64,000 bases of DNA from a bacterium (GTDB taxonomy: Bacteria > SAR324 > NAC60-12): positions 4,103,403-4,167,402 of the forward strand of contig OZ242383.1 in NCBI GenBank assembly GCA_965209155.1. Reading direction: 5' to 3'. Shown piece after piece: positions 62,151 to 64,000 of the stretch. How positions within the stretch are numbered: position 1 is the first letter of the stretch; each line of letters starts with the position of its first letter. A model generated the notes under the pieces. It was not told the DNA's origin. It saw only the letters and a list, made by a program, of their open reading frames with translations, and did no database searches. The position numbers and the translations under genes were made by a program.

Positions 62151-62254
62151 TTTGTATCCCCTTGTCTCTCTACCCTATCTTAATCGGGGAATGAGATCGC
62201 TCCATTCCCGAAGGGCCCATTACTGTCCCGTAACTATTCAGGTCTCTGAAAAAC

Positions 62255-62626
62255 CCGTTCAGTTGAATATCATTAAAAAGATTCCCGGAGAGGAGCGATC
62301 GTTTTCAAGTCCCCCCACGATATAGTTCAATCGATCGGAAACCCTCTTCATTCATAAAAACAACTTAACGAAATCGTGACTATAGCACAATAAAATGTTA
62401 TGTAAACCCCTGATGTAAAATAAATTCGGGATTCGCAATAAAATTTAAAAAACAATAAATCTGCTCAAATGCGGGGACAGTCAGAAGCCGTTCAGTTCAA
62501 TATCGGTGAAAAAAGATTCCCGAAGAGGATCCATCACTTCACTTCACTTCCTTCCGCAGCTATTTTGAATCGAACGGGCGGGAACCCTCCCAAGATTGTG
62601 TTCAATCGATCGGGAACCCTCTTTCA
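62255..62626. repeat. Degenerate direct repeat pair in intergenic DNA
   Basis: CCGTTCAGTT.AATATC...AAAAAGATTCCCG.AGAGGA...TTCAATCGATCGG.AACCCTCTT at about 62255-62350 and 62488-62626. Confidence 0.7.
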
Positions 62627-63047
62627 CTAAAATAACTTTGAAAAGGCATATATGTCGCATTATTTTACGCAAAATCAAGCCCCCATAGCAAAAAAATGCA
62701 GGATTCATAAAAAAGTAGAAATTTTTGTCAAAATTCATCGACATCACAGAAAAGTTCTAATAACTGACTCATGCTATTTCCTTGGATATGAGTGTCGTTG
62801 TATTTCTTTTTTCTCATCTTATTTTCCAGGAGTTAGTGCAAAATCTTCATCTCGAACTCAGGTTAAATAAACGGTATCCATCGATTCAGAGGTGATGGAG
62901 AACCAGTGCAAAACCAGGGGATCCCCGTGAGCATCACTCTGCATTGCGTCACTTGCTTCTCATGGTTTAAATTGCTAAATTGTTGCAAGGTCAAGCTGGC
63001 GATGCAAAAGGTGTGTACTCGAATTCTATCTCACTTTTCTATTTGAA

Positions 63048-63616
63048 AGTCATCACCACCGGCAGAGCCGGTGGCTTGAAGAGGCCCCCAGTATGAGGGC
63101 AAAACGTGTTCGTCATCGTAAGACGTGCTCGTGCTCGTGAACGAAAAAGGCTGCCATGTTAGATCATGAAAAACTCGAGGTATACCAATGTTCCATCGAA
63201 TTTTTAGCGTTATCTGTCCAAGTCATCGAAACATTGCCAAAAGGATACTCAGCCTTAGTTGACCAACTGAAAAGGGCATCATGGTCGATTCCTCTCAATA
63301 TCGCAGAAGGCTGTGGAATAAATTCCTTTCCTGACAAGCAACGATTCTATGCATTTGACCGAGGTTCCGCAATGGAATGCGCTGCTATTCTCGATGTTTT
63401 AAACGTGTTGAAGATCATCCAGCCTCCTTTATTTGACGAAGGGAAACAGTTACTTCATCGCATTGTTTCAATGTTAACCAAAATGTGCCGTCGAATTCAC
63501 TGACCGTTCACGAGCACGAGCACGGCTCACGGACACGGATACGTTTCTCATGTCTGACCGGCAAAGCCTATTAGGTTCGCACCAGCAGAGCTGGTGGTTT
63601 AATGAGATTAATTAAT
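63048..63616. mobile_element. 569-bp hairpin-ended four-helix-bundle element (copy 2)
   Basis: Inverted copy of 43012-43580 in unrelated flanking sequence. Confidence 0.8.
63156..63503 (+). CDS. Four-helix-bundle protein (23S rRNA-IVS protein / Avd-like family)
   Basis: HEKLEVYQ, DQLKRASWSIPLNIAEG, RGSAMEC, IVSML. Confidence 0.9.
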   Translation: MLDHEKLEVYQCSIEFLALSVQVIETLPKGYSALVDQLKRASWSIPLNIAEGCGINSFPDKQRFYAFDRGSAMECAAILDVLNVLKIIQPPLFDEGKQLLHRIVSMLTKMCRRIH

Positions 63617-63631
63617 TTTCGAGAATGTCCC

Positions 63632-64000
63632 ATGAGTAAAAATGCGCGACTGGAAGTACAGGGTCGAACAGTTGAAGTTCCTCTGGTTATTGGCAGTGAA
63701 AAGGAGGTGGGGTTGGATATTTCCAATCTACGCAAGGAAACCGGCGCCATCACCTTTGATCCGGGATTTGTCAATACAGGTTCTTGTGAAAGTGGTATTA
63801 CGTTTCTTGATGGAGAGAATGGAATTTTGAGATACCGGGGAATTCCCATTGAGCAGCTTGCGGAACAGTCGAGTTTCCTGGAAGTGAGTTATTTGCTGAT
63901 TTATGGCGAACTCCCCACAATCACGCAGTTGAGGAATTTTGAAGATTCGATCACTCACCATACAATGCTGCATGAGGATTTGAAACATATCTACAATGCC
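63632..64000 (+). CDS. gltA: Citrate synthase, 5' part (runs off the window)
   Basis: MSKNARLE...FDPGFVNTGSCESGITFLDGENGILRYRGIPIEQL...YLLIYGELP. Confidence 0.95.
   Translation, partial: MSKNARLEVQGRTVEVPLVIGSEKEVGLDISNLRKETGAITFDPGFVNTGSCESGITFLDGENGILRYRGIPIEQLAEQSSFLEVSYLLIYGELPTITQLRNFEDSITHHTMLHEDLKHIYNA

Noticed and set aside
8549-62870. Numerous antisense or alternative-frame ORFs (e.g. 9240-10001, 52727-53479, 56012-56776, 58829-59602)
   Set aside because: They shadow well-supported genes and show no recognisable motifs.
43012-63616. Diversity-generating retroelement (Avd-like gene plus a repeat pair)
   Set aside because: No reverse transcriptase in the window, and the differences are not a one-directional A-to-N pattern from template to variable copy.
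43012-63616. Composite transposon
   Set aside because: The enclosed DNA includes housekeeping fabI and queF and no shared outer target duplication was seen; independent insertions are simpler.

Overview
Bacterial chromosomal window; the gene content suggests a delta-proteobacterial or SAR324-like host, which is an inference. It has four parts. (1) 1-8.3 kb is a defence-type island: a ubiquitin-like conjugation operon (Ubl C-terminus, E2-like, JAB-E1 fusion), DUF2971-like, frameshifted FRG-TPR and pentapeptide-repeat genes, and a type II restriction-modification pair. (2) 8.4-45.8 kb is mostly housekeeping (rpsU, ispE, ribH, pcm, galU, clpP, rpmB, pheA, miaB, fmt, yggS/yggT, ftsH, psd, fabI, queF), with an IS256 nested inside an ISKra4-family element. 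(3) 46-62 kb is a catabolic and transport island: SDR, ThuA-like, BNR-repeat and Ldh2 genes, a split peptide-type ABC transporter, and a 1989-aa sigma54 activator. That activator carries an IS1595-transposase-like Zn-ribbon/HTH at its N-terminus and is preceded by a 3x126-bp tandem repeat. (4) Two inverted copies of a 569-bp transposase-less element (43012-43580, 63048-63616) have IS200/IS605-type hairpin ends and carry a four-helix-bundle gene inside hexamer-periodic inverted repeats. The window ends in gltA. No rRNA, tRNA or CRISPR array was recognised. All product calls come from motif recognition by eye.
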